The notes: generated from the sequence alone by a model not told the origin. Shown: positions 35,005-45,560, counted from the first letter of the stretch. The stretch is DNA of 47,767 nt from Deltaproteobacteria bacterium (GCA_046583355.1 JAYGCM010000052.1:1-47767); one strand, 5' to 3'. A program made the numbers and translations.

Positions 35005-36519
35005 ATGCTCGGGAAGCTCAAAACTCTCCTCAGCCATACCCTTATTTATGGCCTCGGGAACTATGGCATCAAGGTCGTCGGCTTCCTGCTGATTCCCGTC
35101 TACACACGCTACCTGAGTCCGGCCGATTACGGCGTACTCTCGCTGGTGTCGATGTACACCCAGGCGATGTTCGTCATGATGAATCTCGGCCAGACGGTCG
35201 GGATTTTCCGTTTCTATTACGACCACGATGATGAGAAGGGCCGCGAGCGCGTCATCGCGGCCGCCATCTGGATCGTCTTCCTCTTCTCCGTGCCTCTCAG
35301 CATGGTGCCTTTGGCCTTCTCGGCAGATATCGCCGGCTGGCTCCTGGACGACCGCACCCTATGGTTTTTGATCCTGCTCGGCACCGCAACCGTGCTCGCC
35401 AAGGTGCTGCTGCGCATGCCCTTCTCGATCATGCGGGCCAAGGAGCAATCCAGACGCTACGCAAAATGGTCGCTGATCCGAAGCGCCACCGCGACCCTGA
35501 TCGCGGTGGTTCTCGTGGTCGGCTTCCACAAGGGCGCGGTTGGCGTCATCAGCGCCCAATTCATCGCCGAGTTCGCGATGTGCCTCTTCCTGACCGGCAC
35601 GACCTTCCGGATGCTGCGCTCGGGCTTTCGCTGGGACGATATCAAACAGCAACTCGCCTTCGGCCTGCCGCTCGTACCGGCCGGTGTCGCGGCTTTCGCT
35701 CTCGATCTCTCCGACCGCTGGTTCATCGGGTATTATTATACCGTCGCCGAGGTAGGCGTGTACTCATTGGCCTACCGCTTCGGCGAGATTCTGCTCTTCA
35801 TCATCACCGCCTTCCAACTCTCCTGGGGCCCCTTTGCCTACTCGCATCGACGCGACCCGACGGCGCCGGCTCTCTTCGCGCACCTGACCAGCTACCTCCT
35901 GGCGATCTATCTCTTCCTCTGGCTCGGCCTGGCCAGCTTCGCGCCCGACTTCATCAAAATCATGGCGCCGGAAGAATATTGGGGCGCGGCCACACTCATC
36001 CCGATACTTGCTCTGGCCATGGTCTTCGACGGCATCATGCCGATGGTCAACCTCGGCCCCGCCTTCACCAAACGTACGATCCTGCGCACCTATACCGTGC
36101 TGGTCGCCGCCGCTGTGAACCTCGTGCTGAACTACCTGCTGATTCCGATCTACGGCCCGGCGGGCGCTGCCTGGGCCACCTTCATCGCCTTCACGATCCA
36201 GACCACGCTCGCCCTGGTGGTCTCGCTGCGCCTCTACCCCGTGCCCTACCAATACGGCCGTATCGCCATCGCCGGCGCAGCGGCCTTCGGTCTCTATGCC
36301 CTGACCCATCTGATCCCGACCGAAGATCTCACGATCCTTCTCGCCGCCAAGACCGGCGTGGTCATCCTCTACCCGCTGGCGCTGCTCTGGGGCGGGTTCT
36401 TCGCCAAAGACGACATGGAACGAGGCATTGCAATCGCAACCGAAAAATACCCGGCCCTGATTCCTCTCCTGCGCACGATCGGTCCTTTCCTCCGCCTGCC
36501 TCCCGCGAAGGGCGGCTGA
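35005..36519 (+). CDS. wzx: Oligosaccharide flippase (Wzx-type)
   Basis: IYGLGN, FLLIPVYTRYLSPADYG, FGLPLVP, DRWFI...VGVYSLAYRF, NLVLNYLLIP.YG..GAAWAT; about 14 TM segments. Confidence 0.9.
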   Translation: MLGKLKTLLSHTLIYGLGNYGIKVVGFLLIPVYTRYLSPADYGVLSLVSMYTQAMFVMMNLGQTVGIFRFYYDHDDEKGRERVIAAAIWIVFLFSVPLSMVPLAFSADIAGWLLDDRTLWFLILLGTATVLAKVLLRMPFSIMRAKEQSRRYAKWSLIRSATATLIAVVLVVGFHKGAVGVISAQFIAEFAMCLFLTGTTFRMLRSGFRWDDIKQQLAFGLPLVPAGVAAFALDLSDRWFIGYYYTVAEVGVYSLAYRFGEILLFIITAFQLSWGPFAYSHRRDPTAPALFAHLTSYLLAIYLFLWLGLASFAPDFIKIMAPEEYWGAATLIPILALAMVFDGIMPMVNLGPAFTKRTILRTYTVLVAAAVNLVLNYLLIPIYGPAGAAWATFIAFTIQTTLALVVSLRLYPVPYQYGRIAIAGAAAFGLYALTHLIPTEDLTILLAAKTGVVILYPLALLWGGFFAKDDMERGIAIATEKYPALIPLLRTIGPFLRLPPAKGG

Positions 36520-36521
36520 AG

Positions 36522-37181
36522 GTGGCGCGCCGAGTCTTTCTCGGGCTGCTCGCGGGCCTGCTTCTGGTGGGACTCCTCCCCTGGATCCCGTCGCTGCTCG
36601 AGCGCCGCGACGCGATGCCGGAACATGCCGATGCGATCTATGTGCTGCCGGGCAAACTCGAAACCCGCGCGCGTTGTGCCGCCCGCTTGCACGCCGCCGG
36701 CAAAGCACCCTGGCTCCTCTTCACCGGCGCGCGCGTCCGCCCGGAACTCCGCGCGCTCGGCTACCCCCTGAGCGATGCCGCAGTAGGCGCCGAGTTTGCC
36801 ACGCGCGCCGGCGTTGCGCGCAAGGCACAGATCGTCCTGCCCCTGGGCCGCAGCACCTGGGAAGATGCCGGCGCGGTCGCCGATTGGGCACGCCAGACCG
36901 GCCTGCGTAAAATCATTGCGGTTACCTCCCCGACGCATGCGCGGCGCGCCGGCGAGAGCCTGCGCCTCGCGCTCGCGCCGCTGGGCGGCGAGGTCTGGGT
37001 GACGAGTTGCGAGTCCCTCTACACACCCGCCATGCGCTGGTGGTGGTACGAGACACCGCTCATCGAAGTCAACAACGAATTTATCAAACTCGGCCTCTAT
37101 ACCTTCCGCTATTTCATTCCGACCTGGCTCGGCCTGCGCCCGCCGCCGGGAAGCAGCCCGGAGCCAGCCGCCGCATCATGA
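36522..37181 (+). CDS. YdcF/ElyC/SanA (DUF218) family protein
   Basis: N-terminal TM, ADAIYVLPG, FTG, STWEDA, IIAVTSPTHARRA, EFIKL. GTG 36522. Confidence 0.85.
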   Translation: MARRVFLGLLAGLLLVGLLPWIPSLLERRDAMPEHADAIYVLPGKLETRARCAARLHAAGKAPWLLFTGARVRPELRALGYPLSDAAVGAEFATRAGVARKAQIVLPLGRSTWEDAGAVADWARQTGLRKIIAVTSPTHARRAGESLRLALAPLGGEVWVTSCESLYTPAMRWWWYETPLIEVNNEFIKLGLYTFRYFIPTWLGLRPPPGSSPEPAAAS

Positions 37182-37870
37182 ACAGTGCTGGACGGGAATC
37201 CGCTGCGGCCGCAAAAGAGCGCCGCGTGGGATTGGCGGTAAATCTCGCCGGCCTCTACGCGATCCTCGACCTACGCGACGACTCCGCGCCGGGACTCGAA
37301 TCTCTCGCCACCCGACTCCTCGAGGGCGGCTGTCGCGTCATGCAATTGCGCGCCAAGAACGTATCGGCATCCCTCATGCTGGCGCACGCCCGCACCCTCC
37401 AGAATCTCTGCCGGCAGGCGAACGCACTTTTTGTGGTCAACGACCGTCTCGATATCGCCCTGGCCGCGGGAGCCGGCGGTATTCACCTCGGCCAGAACGA
37501 TCTACCGCCGGAAGAAGCGCGCCGCCTGGCCCCACCGGACTTCGTGATCGGCCTCTCTACCCACAGCGCCCAGGAGGTTGCCGCTGCGGCCACGCGCCCG
37601 GTGGATTATATAGGCTACGGGCCGATCTTCCCGACGCGCTCCAAAAGCGACGCCGCGAAGCCACGCGGCCTGAGCGGCCTGCGTGAAGCAGCCGGACTCA
37701 GCCATCTCCCGATTGTCGCCATCGGCGGCATCGAAACCGACCGCGCGGCCGAGGTCTTCACTGCCGGCGCGAGCGCCGTAGCCATGGTCGGCGCGCTTGA
37801 GCGCAGCGCCTCGCCACGTGCCCTCACAGAAGCGCTGCGCAAGCTGGCTGGAGACACGGCCGAAAAATAA
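37178..37870 (+). CDS. thiE: Thiamine-phosphate synthase
   Basis: LYAI, QLRAK, VVNDRLDIA, IHLGQND, GLSTHS, GPIFPTRSK, VAIGGI. ATGA overlap with the YdcF stop. Confidence 0.93.
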   Translation: MNSAGRESAAAAKERRVGLAVNLAGLYAILDLRDDSAPGLESLATRLLEGGCRVMQLRAKNVSASLMLAHARTLQNLCRQANALFVVNDRLDIALAAGAGGIHLGQNDLPPEEARRLAPPDFVIGLSTHSAQEVAAAATRPVDYIGYGPIFPTRSKSDAAKPRGLSGLREAAGLSHLPIVAIGGIETDRAAEVFTAGASAVAMVGALERSASPRALTEALRKLAGDTAEK

Positions 37871-37941
37871 GCCCCCTCCTCGCCGCCACTCCTGACTGCG
37901 GGCCTGCGTCACGCCCGCCAAAAAGAGGCGCAATGGCAGCT

Positions 37942-39336
37942 TCAGATCTCGAAGTCTGCCGCATTGGAGGCGGCCTTGTCGTCGTCTTCTTCGCGCGTGC
38001 TGAGATTCTCGAAGAGCGTAAGCTCACCGCGGAAACTCAGCCGCACCGTGCCCTGCGGCCCGTTGCGCTGCTTGGAGATGATCACTTCGGCGATCCCCTC
38101 CTCGGGCGAGGCCTTATTGTAGAAATCATCACGGTAGATGAAGCTGATGACATCAGCGTCCTGCTCGATGGCGCCCGACTCGCGGAGGTCGGACATCATG
38201 GGGCGCTTATCGGCCCGCGCCTCCACACCACGGTTCAGCTGCGCCAGAGCGATGACGGGAACCTTGAGTTCCTTGGCAAGGCCCTTGAGCGAACGCGAAA
38301 TCAGCGAGATCTCCTGCTCGCGATTGTCGACCTTCTGATGCGCCCGCATCAACTGGAGGTAATCGACGATAATCAGGCCCAATCCTTCTTTATGCTCACG
38401 CATCAGGCGGCGAGCCTTGGCGCGTAACTCCAAGACCGAGATCGCCGGAGTATCGTCAATAAAGAAAGGAAGTTCCGCGAGGCGACTCGCCGCCATCGCC
38501 AGGCGGGGAAGATCCTTATCGGCCAGCATGCCATTGCGCACCCGCGTCATGCTGACACGTGCCTCGCAGCAGAGCATGCGCATGACGATCGACTCCTTGG
38601 ACATCTCCAGCGAGAACAATCCCACGGCCTTGCCGGAATGCTGGGCTGCGTATTGCCCACAATTGACCGCGAGTGCGCTCTTCCCCATGGAGGGACGGCC
38701 AGCCATGATGATGAGGTCGCCGGGCTGAAAGCCCGAGGTCAATTTATCAAGGTCGTAGAAACCCGAAGGAATCCCGGTGATCGCTTCCTTGCGCTCAAAG
38801 AGCTGCTCGATCTGGTGGATCGTGCCCTCGATCACTTCCTCGATTTTCGAGAAGGATTTCCCCAGGCGCCCTTCCGAAATCTCGAAAACAGCGGCTTCCG
38901 CATCTTCAAGCAATTGATCGACGCTGCCCGTGCCCTCATTGGTCTGGGTAATAATATCGGTCGCGACCTCAGAGAGTCGTCGCATAACCGCTTTATCCTT
39001 GACGATGCGCGCATAATGGCCGACGTTGGCCGCCGTCCCCGTGCGCTCAGCGAGATCGGCGATCGCGGCCGCACCGCCCACTGCCTCGAGTTCGCCACGA
39101 ACCTGCAGGCGGTCGATCAGCGTGACCACATCCGCCGGCTCGCCCACGTCGTCGAGGTCCAATAGCGCCTTGAAGATCTTGCGATGGGATTCGCGGTAGA
39201 AATCGTCGGCGACCAAGATCTGGTTCACCGCATCGATCGCGCGGTTGTCGAGCAGAACCCCGCCGAGAACCGCCTCCTCAGCCTCCAGGCTTTGTGCCGG
39301 AAGGCGAAGGTTCATGGGTGCCGATAATGTCGTCAT
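37942..39336 (-). CDS. dnaB: Replicative DNA helicase
   Basis: EAEEAVLGG, GRPSMGKS, FSLEMS, IVDYLQL, QLNR, SDLRESGAIEQDAD, KQRNGP. 464 aa, no intein. Confidence 0.97.
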   Translation of the reverse strand: MTTLSAPMNLRLPAQSLEAEEAVLGGVLLDNRAIDAVNQILVADDFYRESHRKIFKALLDLDDVGEPADVVTLIDRLQVRGELEAVGGAAAIADLAERTGTAANVGHYARIVKDKAVMRRLSEVATDIITQTNEGTGSVDQLLEDAEAAVFEISEGRLGKSFSKIEEVIEGTIHQIEQLFERKEAITGIPSGFYDLDKLTSGFQPGDLIIMAGRPSMGKSALAVNCGQYAAQHSGKAVGLFSLEMSKESIVMRMLCCEARVSMTRVRNGMLADKDLPRLAMAASRLAELPFFIDDTPAISVLELRAKARRLMREHKEGLGLIIVDYLQLMRAHQKVDNREQEISLISRSLKGLAKELKVPVIALAQLNRGVEARADKRPMMSDLRESGAIEQDADVISFIYRDDFYNKASPEEGIAEVIISKQRNGPQGTVRLSFRGELTLFENLSTREEDDDKAASNAADFEI

Positions 39337-39369
39337 TGGTTTTTGCCGCGGCGTACGCCGCTGCCCGGC

Positions 39370-40551
39370 TCAGCGCTCGACAATCAGGGCAATTCCCTGG
39401 CCGCCGCCGATGCAGAGCGAAGCAACACCACGCTGCACATCACGGTCCTGCATGGCATGCAACAGCGTCACGAGAACCCGCGCACCGCTGCAGCCGATCG
39501 GGTGGCCCAAGGCGATGGCGCCGCCATTCACGTTCACCTTCGCCGCGTCGATCTTGAGTTCGGCCAGAACACCGAGGGATTGGGCGGCGAACGCCTCATT
39601 GAGCTCCCAGAGGCCGATATCGTCCTTGGAAAGCCCCGTGCGCGCCAAAGCCTTCTCGCAAGCGGGCCAGGGGCCCATACCCATGATGCTGGGGTCGACG
39701 CCTGCCGAAGCCCAGCCGCGGATCTTCGCCAGCGGCTTGAGCCCGCGCGCCTTGGCCGCATCGGCGCTCATGATGACCAGGGCCGCGGCGCCGTCGTTGA
39801 TGCCCGATGCGTTTCCGGCCGTGACGCTACCATCTTTCTTGAAGGCCGCACGCAGCTTGCCGAGGGTCTCGGCCGTCGTGCCCGCACGCGGGAATTCATC
39901 GGTCGCGAATTCGACGGTCTCGCCGCGTTTGCGGCCGGGGACCTGGAGCGAGAAGATTTCGTCGGCGAACTTTCCCGCTTCCTGTGCAGCGATCGCTTTT
40001 TGCTGGCTGGAGGCGGCGAATTCGTCCTGTGCGCTTCGCGAGAGGTCGTATTTAGAGGCGATATTCTCGGCCGTGACGCCCATATGAACATCGGTGATCG
40101 GACAGGTGAGCCCGTCACTGATCAGCGAATCGATGATTTTGTCGTGGCCGAGGCGATAGCCGTAGCGCGCCTTGTTCAGCAGGTAGGGCGCCAACGACAT
40201 ATTCTCCATGCCGCCGGCAAGGCCCACTTCGAACTCGCCCAGGAGGATGCTCGAGGCGATATTGGCAACCGCCTTGAGGCCCGAGCCACAGGCCTTGTTC
40301 AAGGCATAGCCCGGAACTTCCTGAGGTAGGCCGGCGTCGAGGTAAGCCACACGGGCTGAATTCAGGCCCTGGCCGGATTGCAGGACGTGGCCCATGACGA
40401 CCTCGCCGATCTCGGCGGGATCTACCCCGGCGCGCTTCACCGCTTCGCGGATGGCGGCGGCGCCGAGCTTGGCCGCCGGGACCTTGGAAAGCGAACCGCC
40501 CATCGAGCCGATTGCGGTACGCGTCGCTGAAACGATGACTGCCTCTGCCAT
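39370..40551 (-). CDS. atoB: Acetyl-CoA C-acetyltransferase (thiolase)
   Basis: [47 protein letters not shown] 40551 follows GGAGG. Confidence 0.92.
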   Translation of the reverse strand: MAEAVIVSATRTAIGSMGGSLSKVPAAKLGAAAIREAVKRAGVDPAEIGEVVMGHVLQSGQGLNSARVAYLDAGLPQEVPGYALNKACGSGLKAVANIASSILLGEFEVGLAGGMENMSLAPYLLNKARYGYRLGHDKIIDSLISDGLTCPITDVHMGVTAENIASKYDLSRSAQDEFAASSQQKAIAAQEAGKFADEIFSLQVPGRKRGETVEFATDEFPRAGTTAETLGKLRAAFKKDGSVTAGNASGINDGAAALVIMSADAAKARGLKPLAKIRGWASAGVDPSIMGMGPWPACEKALARTGLSKDDIGLWELNEAFAAQSLGVLAELKIDAAKVNVNGGAIALGHPIGCSGARVLVTLLHAMQDRDVQRGVASLCIGGGQGIALIVER

Positions 40552-40676
40552 TCTATCCTCCAAATACTGGGGTAATACTGTAAAAACCCGGCCGATCGGC
40601 GGGCTGCGGCCGCGCGGGCGGACGCCGCGTATGTCCCCGTACTACTCTCGCGACCAGACTCTTCCGGTGCAACTCC

Positions 40677-40706
40677 GGCCCCATCGGGCGCGCGCCCGAT
40701 GGGGCC
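40677..40706. repeat. Perfect 30-bp palindrome
   Basis: GGCCCCATCGGGCGCGCGCCCGATGGGGCC equals its own reverse complement and abuts the stop of the B12-binding gene. Confidence 0.9.
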
Positions 40707-41101
40707 TATTCGCGGACATTGGCCCGGACCCACTCGATGATTTCATCGGTCGAGGTTCCAGGCGTAAAGATCTTCGCGACACCATGACCCTGGAGAATCG
40801 CGATATCGTCCTCGGGAATGATGCCGCCGCCGAAGACGATGATATCTTCCGCGTCACGGCTGCGGAGCATCTCGACCACCGCGGGAAATTGTGCAAGATG
40901 GGCACCCGAGAGCAGCGAGAGGCCAACCGCATCGACATCTTCCTGGAGCGCCGCCTCGACAATCATCTCGGTGGTCTGGTGCAGGCCGGTGTAGATGATC
41001 TCCATGCCCGCATCGCGTAGCGCGCGAGCGATGATCTTGGCCCCGCGGTCGTGCCCATCCAGTCCGGGCTTGGCGATCAGAATACGAAGTGGTCTGGGCA
41101 T
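40706..41101 (-). CDS. Cobalamin-binding domain protein (acyl-CoA mutase small subunit)
   Basis: [13 protein letters not shown] (DxHxxG), [20 protein letters not shown]. 131 aa. Confidence 0.93.
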   Translation of the reverse strand: MPRPLRILIAKPGLDGHDRGAKIIARALRDAGMEIIYTGLHQTTEMIVEAALQEDVDAVGLSLLSGAHLAQFPAVVEMLRSRDAEDIIVFGGGIIPEDDIAILQGHGVAKIFTPGTSTDEIIEWVRANVRE

Positions 41102-41125
41102 GATTCCCCTCAGTCGTGGATGTGT

Positions 41126-41896
41126 TCAGCGGCCCCGGAAGGTCGGGACTCGTTTTTCGAGAAAGGCGCTCAACCCCTCTTTGGTATCCTCGGCACCAAA
41201 GAGGCTGGCAAAGGCCTCAATCTCGATGGTTTGCGCGGAGGTCGCATCGGTACTCTCGGCCGCCGCCATCGCGACCTTGGCACGCGCACAGGCCAGAGGG
41301 GGACGCTGCGCCAGCTCCGCCGCCCAGGTCTGCGCCGCCTGGCGCAAATCCTCGGCCGGCACGACCCGGTTCACCAGCCCCAGCGAGAGCGCCTCGTCTG
41401 CCTTGATGAGTCGCCCGCTATAGACCAACTCGCGCGCCGCAGCGACGCCGACGCGACGTTGCAAGCGCGAGCAGCCGCCAAATCCGGGGATCAGGCCCAG
41501 GTTGGTCTCCGGCTGACCGAAACGCGCCTTCTCGCTGGCAAGGACCAGGTCGCAGGCCAGCGCGAGCTCGCAGCCGCCGCCCAGCGCCGCGCCCTGCACG
41601 ACCGCAATGACGATCGAGGGCAGCTTCTCAAGCGAGCCAAACGCAGCATGGCCGAGACGAGAGAAATTGCGCGCCTCCTCCGCCGACATTTCGGCCATTG
41701 CGGCGATATCCGCGCCGGCCACAAAGGCGCGGTCGCCCGTGGATTCGACCACAACGACGCGTGGCGGGTCGGCCGCCAGCACAACCACATGCGCCGCCAG
41801 CGCCTCGAGGGCGTCGCGGTCCAGAGCGTGCATGGCACGCGGACGCGAAATCGTGAGCATTGCGATATTGCCATCGCGCGAAAGTTCGACCGACAT
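41126..41896 (-). CDS. Enoyl-CoA hydratase (crotonase family)
   Basis: FVAGADI, ALGGGCELALACD, FGQPETNLGLIPGFGG, GLSAFLEKR. ATG 41896. Confidence 0.93.
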   Translation of the reverse strand: MSVELSRDGNIAMLTISRPRAMHALDRDALEALAAHVVVLAADPPRVVVVESTGDRAFVAGADIAAMAEMSAEEARNFSRLGHAAFGSLEKLPSIVIAVVQGAALGGGCELALACDLVLASEKARFGQPETNLGLIPGFGGCSRLQRRVGVAAARELVYSGRLIKADEALSLGLVNRVVPAEDLRQAAQTWAAELAQRPPLACARAKVAMAAAESTDATSAQTIEIEAFASLFGAEDTKEGLSAFLEKRVPTFRGR

Positions 41897-41901
41897 AATT
41901 C

Positions 41902-42864
41902 TCAATACTCCGGCTTGAAATCGAAATGATGATGCGACTCGAGCCAACGCACCGTGCGGGTGATCGAGCGAACCACGACCGAGCTGGTGCGCGCTCCGCC
42001 ACGGAAGAATCGCACGCCGGAGAGCAGGTGCCCGCTGGTCACCCCGGTCGCCGCGAACATCACATTCTCGCCGACCAGATCCTCGGCCGTGTATATCCGG
42101 TCGGCCCCGTCGAGCCCGGCCTCGCGCAGGCGCACCGACTCATCGCCCGAGAGCGGGCGGAAGCGCCCTTCGAAAGCACCGCCTGCGCCGAGCAAAGCGC
42201 CCGCCGCAAGCACGCCCTGCTGACCACCGCCAATGCCGAGAAGAATATCGACGCCGGAATCGGGGCGCGAGGTTGCAATGGCCGCCGCCAAATCACCATC
42301 GGCAAGCAGTTGTACGCGAGCGCCGGCGTTGCGGACCTCGGTCACGAGACGCGCATGGCGCGGTCGGTCGAGGATCACAGCCGTGAGATCTTCGACGTAA
42401 ACACCCTTGGCATCAGCGAGATCGCGCAAGTTCTCGGTTGCCGTTTTCGCCAACGAGACGACGCCCCGGCCCTCGGGGCCACAGGCAATCTTCTCCATAT
42501 AGGTTTCGGGACAGGCGAGAATTTTTCCCGGCATGCCAACCAGGATGATCGAGAGAGCGTTGGCACCGCCGGTGGCGCATACCGTCGCACCTTCGAGCGC
42601 ATCGAGAGCCACATCAATCTCGGGCTCGCCGGCGATCGTCGGATCGCCGACTCTCTCGCCGACATAGAGGCGATCGGCCACGCCCTGGGGCCCTTCGCCA
42701 ATGACCACCCGACCGGTGGTCGGGATCGCCGCGAAGGCGCGTTGCATGGCAAGAGTGGCCGCGGCGTCGATTCCGGCCGGATCACCGCGGCCCATCAGAC
42801 GCGCCGCAGCCAGCGCGGCCGCCTCGGTGACACGAGCGAGTTCCAATGCGAGGTTGCGATCCAT
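41902..42864 (-). CDS. glpX: Class II fructose-1,6-bisphosphatase homolog with substituted catalytic residues
   Basis: [49 protein letters not shown]; but DALEGA replaces DPLEGT and GGGQQG replaces GGAPEG. Confidence 0.85.
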   Translation of the reverse strand: MDRNLALELARVTEAAALAAARLMGRGDPAGIDAAATLAMQRAFAAIPTTGRVVIGEGPQGVADRLYVGERVGDPTIAGEPEIDVALDALEGATVCATGGANALSIILVGMPGKILACPETYMEKIACGPEGRGVVSLAKTATENLRDLADAKGVYVEDLTAVILDRPRHARLVTEVRNAGARVQLLADGDLAAAIATSRPDSGVDILLGIGGGQQGVLAAGALLGAGGAFEGRFRPLSGDESVRLREAGLDGADRIYTAEDLVGENVMFAATGVTSGHLLSGVRFFRGGARTSSVVVRSITRTVRWLESHHHFDFKPEY

Positions 42865-44237
42865 CAGCCGGGCCTTTCTTCGATGCGGATCGCGACCGGA
42901 CGCCCCTGGACCGAGTCGAGTGCTTCGACTCGGGCCAGAGCCCGGCGCAGATCCTTCTCACGGGTACTACGGGTGCGGATCACGATCGGCACCACGCCGC
43001 GGCGGCGGCGCTCGCGCTGCACGACCGAAGCAATCGAGATTCCCGAACGACCGAGGTGCGCGGCGACCTTGCCGAGCACGCCCGAATCATCGCGCACCAT
43101 GATGCGCAAATAGAACTCGCTTTCGATCAAACCGATCGGTCGGATTTTGGCCGTACCCTGCTCGGCTACCGGATAGCCCAGCGGCGGCAGACGCGGCCCG
43201 CCCAGGCCGATGCGGTCGCGCGCCAAATCCAGGACATCGGCGATGACGGCTGCGGCCGTCGGCATCATGCCCGCGCCTTGGCCGTAATACATGGTTTTGT
43301 CGAGAGCGCGGGAGTGCACACAGACGGCATTATAGGCGCCGTCCACGATGCCCAGGGAATCATCGGCCGCGATCATGGTCGGATGGACGCGCGCCTCGAT
43401 CTCATTGCCGTGGCGCTTGGCCACCGCCAAAAGCTTGATCACGTATCCGAGCTCGCGCGCGTAGGCCATATCGACAGCATCGAGATCCCGGATACCTTCG
43501 GTATGAATCGCCTCGAGCGGCATGCGCACGCCGAATGCCAATTGCACCAACAGGGCCAGCTTGTGGGCGGAGTCGACGCCGTCCACATCGTAGGACGGAT
43601 CGGCTTCGGCCAGGCCGCTACTCTGCGCGGCAGCCAATACTTCGGCAAAGCCGGTGCCCTCGGAGGCCATCTCGCTGAGAATGAAATTGGCCGTACCGTT
43701 CACGATGCCGAAAACAGCCGTATGCTCGTCAGGCCAGAGCGCCTCGCGTAGCGTACGGATGATCGGAATTCCGCCACCGACACTGGCCTCGAAACCGAAA
43801 CCGGTACCGGCCGCCTCCGCAGCGGCAAAAAGCTCCGGACCATGATGCGCCAACAACGCCTTATTGGCCGTAACCACAGCCTTGCCCTTCGCGATCGCTT
43901 CCAGAACAAAGGTCCGCGCAGGTTCAAGACCACCCATCAACTCCACAACGATATCGATGGAGGGATCGTCGAGGATATCGCGCGCGTTCTTGGTCAGAAG
44001 AGCTTTGGGAACCCGGACTTCGCGCTTACGCACAAGGTCCAGGTCGGCCACCCGGGCCAACTCGATGGGCGCGCCGAGTCGGGTAGCGAGGCGTGCATTG
44101 GACCTACGCAGGAAACGAATGACTCCCGAGCCAATCGTGCCCCAGCCGATCACCCCAACGCGGACGCCACGGCGCACGCCCGTTCCCGGGCGCCGACCCG
44201 GCCGATTGACTCCTCGACGTGCTTTCTCAGCGGCCAT
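42864..44237 (-). CDS. hom: Homoserine dehydrogenase with C-terminal ACT domain
   Basis: [61 protein letters not shown] domain. ATG 44237 (GTG 44243 possible). Confidence 0.95.
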   Translation of the reverse strand: MAAEKARRGVNRPGRRPGTGVRRGVRVGVIGWGTIGSGVIRFLRRSNARLATRLGAPIELARVADLDLVRKREVRVPKALLTKNARDILDDPSIDIVVELMGGLEPARTFVLEAIAKGKAVVTANKALLAHHGPELFAAAEAAGTGFGFEASVGGGIPIIRTLREALWPDEHTAVFGIVNGTANFILSEMASEGTGFAEVLAAAQSSGLAEADPSYDVDGVDSAHKLALLVQLAFGVRMPLEAIHTEGIRDLDAVDMAYARELGYVIKLLAVAKRHGNEIEARVHPTMIAADDSLGIVDGAYNAVCVHSRALDKTMYYGQGAGMMPTAAAVIADVLDLARDRIGLGGPRLPPLGYPVAEQGTAKIRPIGLIESEFYLRIMVRDDSGVLGKVAAHLGRSGISIASVVQRERRRRGVVPIVIRTRSTREKDLRRALARVEALDSVQGRPVAIRIEERPG

Positions 44238-45483
44238 CGCCACTCTCCTCGGGTTTCGCCGAGGGCGGCGCTACGCCCCCGGTCTTTTTTCGATTCAGCA
44301 GCGGCGGACTCCCGCCAAGGCCCAGCGCCTTGCGCATGCCGCGAATCGCCTGGCGGGTGCGGTGTTCATTCTCGATCAGGGCGAAGCGGACGAAATCGTC
44401 CCCGTACTCACCGAAGCCGATTCCCGGCGACACGGCGACGCCCGCTTCTTTGAGGAGAAATTTCGAGAATTCGAGCGAGCCCATTTTCTTGAACTCCTCA
44501 GGCATCTCGGCCCATACGAACATCGTCGCCTGCGGGCGCGGCACGTTCCAACCCGCGCGGGTCAAACCGTCGCAAAGAACATTGCGGCGCGAACGATAAT
44601 GTTCGCGGATTTCGCCAAGGCATTCCTGCGGCCCGGTCAACGCCGCAATCGCGGCGATCTGCACGGGCTGGAAAATCCCGTAGTCAAGATAGCTTTTCAT
44701 GCGAGCCAAGGCGGCAATGATCTCGGCATTGCCGCAGGCGAATCCAACCCGCCACCCCGGCATGCTGTAACTTTTCGAGAGCGAGAAAAACTCGACCCCG
44801 ATCTCGCGCGCTCCGGGCACCTGCAACAAGCTCGGCGCCTTGTATCCATCGAAACAGATATCAGCGTAGGCGAGATCGTGTACAATAAGCATTTCATGCT
44901 CGCGCGCGAACTCGACGATGCGCTCGAAGAAAGCCAAATCTACCACATCCGTGGTAGGGTTATGGGGAAAATTGATGATCAGGAACTTGGGCTTCGGCCA
45001 GCTCTGGCGGGTCGCCTCGATCAAATTGGCGAAGAAATCCTGGCCCGGTCCCAGCGGCACCGAGCGCAGATCGCCGTTGGCGATAATCACGGAATATTGG
45101 TGAATCGGATAGGTCGGGGTCGGCGCCAGCACGACATCGCCCGCGCCGAGCATCGCCAGCGAGAGATGCGCGATGCCTTCCTTGGACCCGATCGTGACGA
45201 TCGCTTCGCTATCGGGATCCAACTCGACATCGTAGCGCTGCTTGTACCAATCGCAGATCGCGAGGCGCAGCTTGTAGATTCCCCGCGAAACCGAGTAGCG
45301 GTGATTGCGGGGATTCCGTGCGGCTTCGATCAGCTTGTCGACGATATGCTTCGGTGTCGGCGTATCCGGGTTTCCCATCCCGAAATCGATGATATCTTCG
45401 CCGCGGGCTCGAGCCTCGACCTTCAAGTCACCGATGACATTGAAGACGTAGGGCGGGAGACGCTTGATCCGCGGGAATTCCAT
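44227..45483 (-). CDS. alaC: PLP-dependent class I aminotransferase (AlaC/YfdZ-like)
   Basis: [62 protein letters not shown]. Confidence 0.88.
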   Translation of the reverse strand: MEFPRIKRLPPYVFNVIGDLKVEARARGEDIIDFGMGNPDTPTPKHIVDKLIEAARNPRNHRYSVSRGIYKLRLAICDWYKQRYDVELDPDSEAIVTIGSKEGIAHLSLAMLGAGDVVLAPTPTYPIHQYSVIIANGDLRSVPLGPGQDFFANLIEATRQSWPKPKFLIINFPHNPTTDVVDLAFFERIVEFAREHEMLIVHDLAYADICFDGYKAPSLLQVPGAREIGVEFFSLSKSYSMPGWRVGFACGNAEIIAALARMKSYLDYGIFQPVQIAAIAALTGPQECLGEIREHYRSRRNVLCDGLTRAGWNVPRPQATMFVWAEMPEEFKKMGSLEFSKFLLKEAGVAVSPGIGFGEYGDDFVRFALIENEHRTRQAIRGMRKALGLGGSPPLLNRKKTGGVAPPSAKPEESGDGR

Positions 45484-45560
45484 TCCGCATGGCTAGCATT
45501 ATCGAGGGGTTTTCGTCCAAGCCTCGTAGCTCCCGCACCCCGCCCCGCTGCCAGGCTTGG

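Noticed and set aside
35361..36521. Long N-terminal extension of the YdcF ORF (606 aa)
   Set aside because: Off-frame overlap with wzx. The YdcF domain starts at GTG 36522.
37942..39336. Possible intein in DnaB (a common host)
   Set aside because: Normal length (464 aa) and contiguous helicase motifs.
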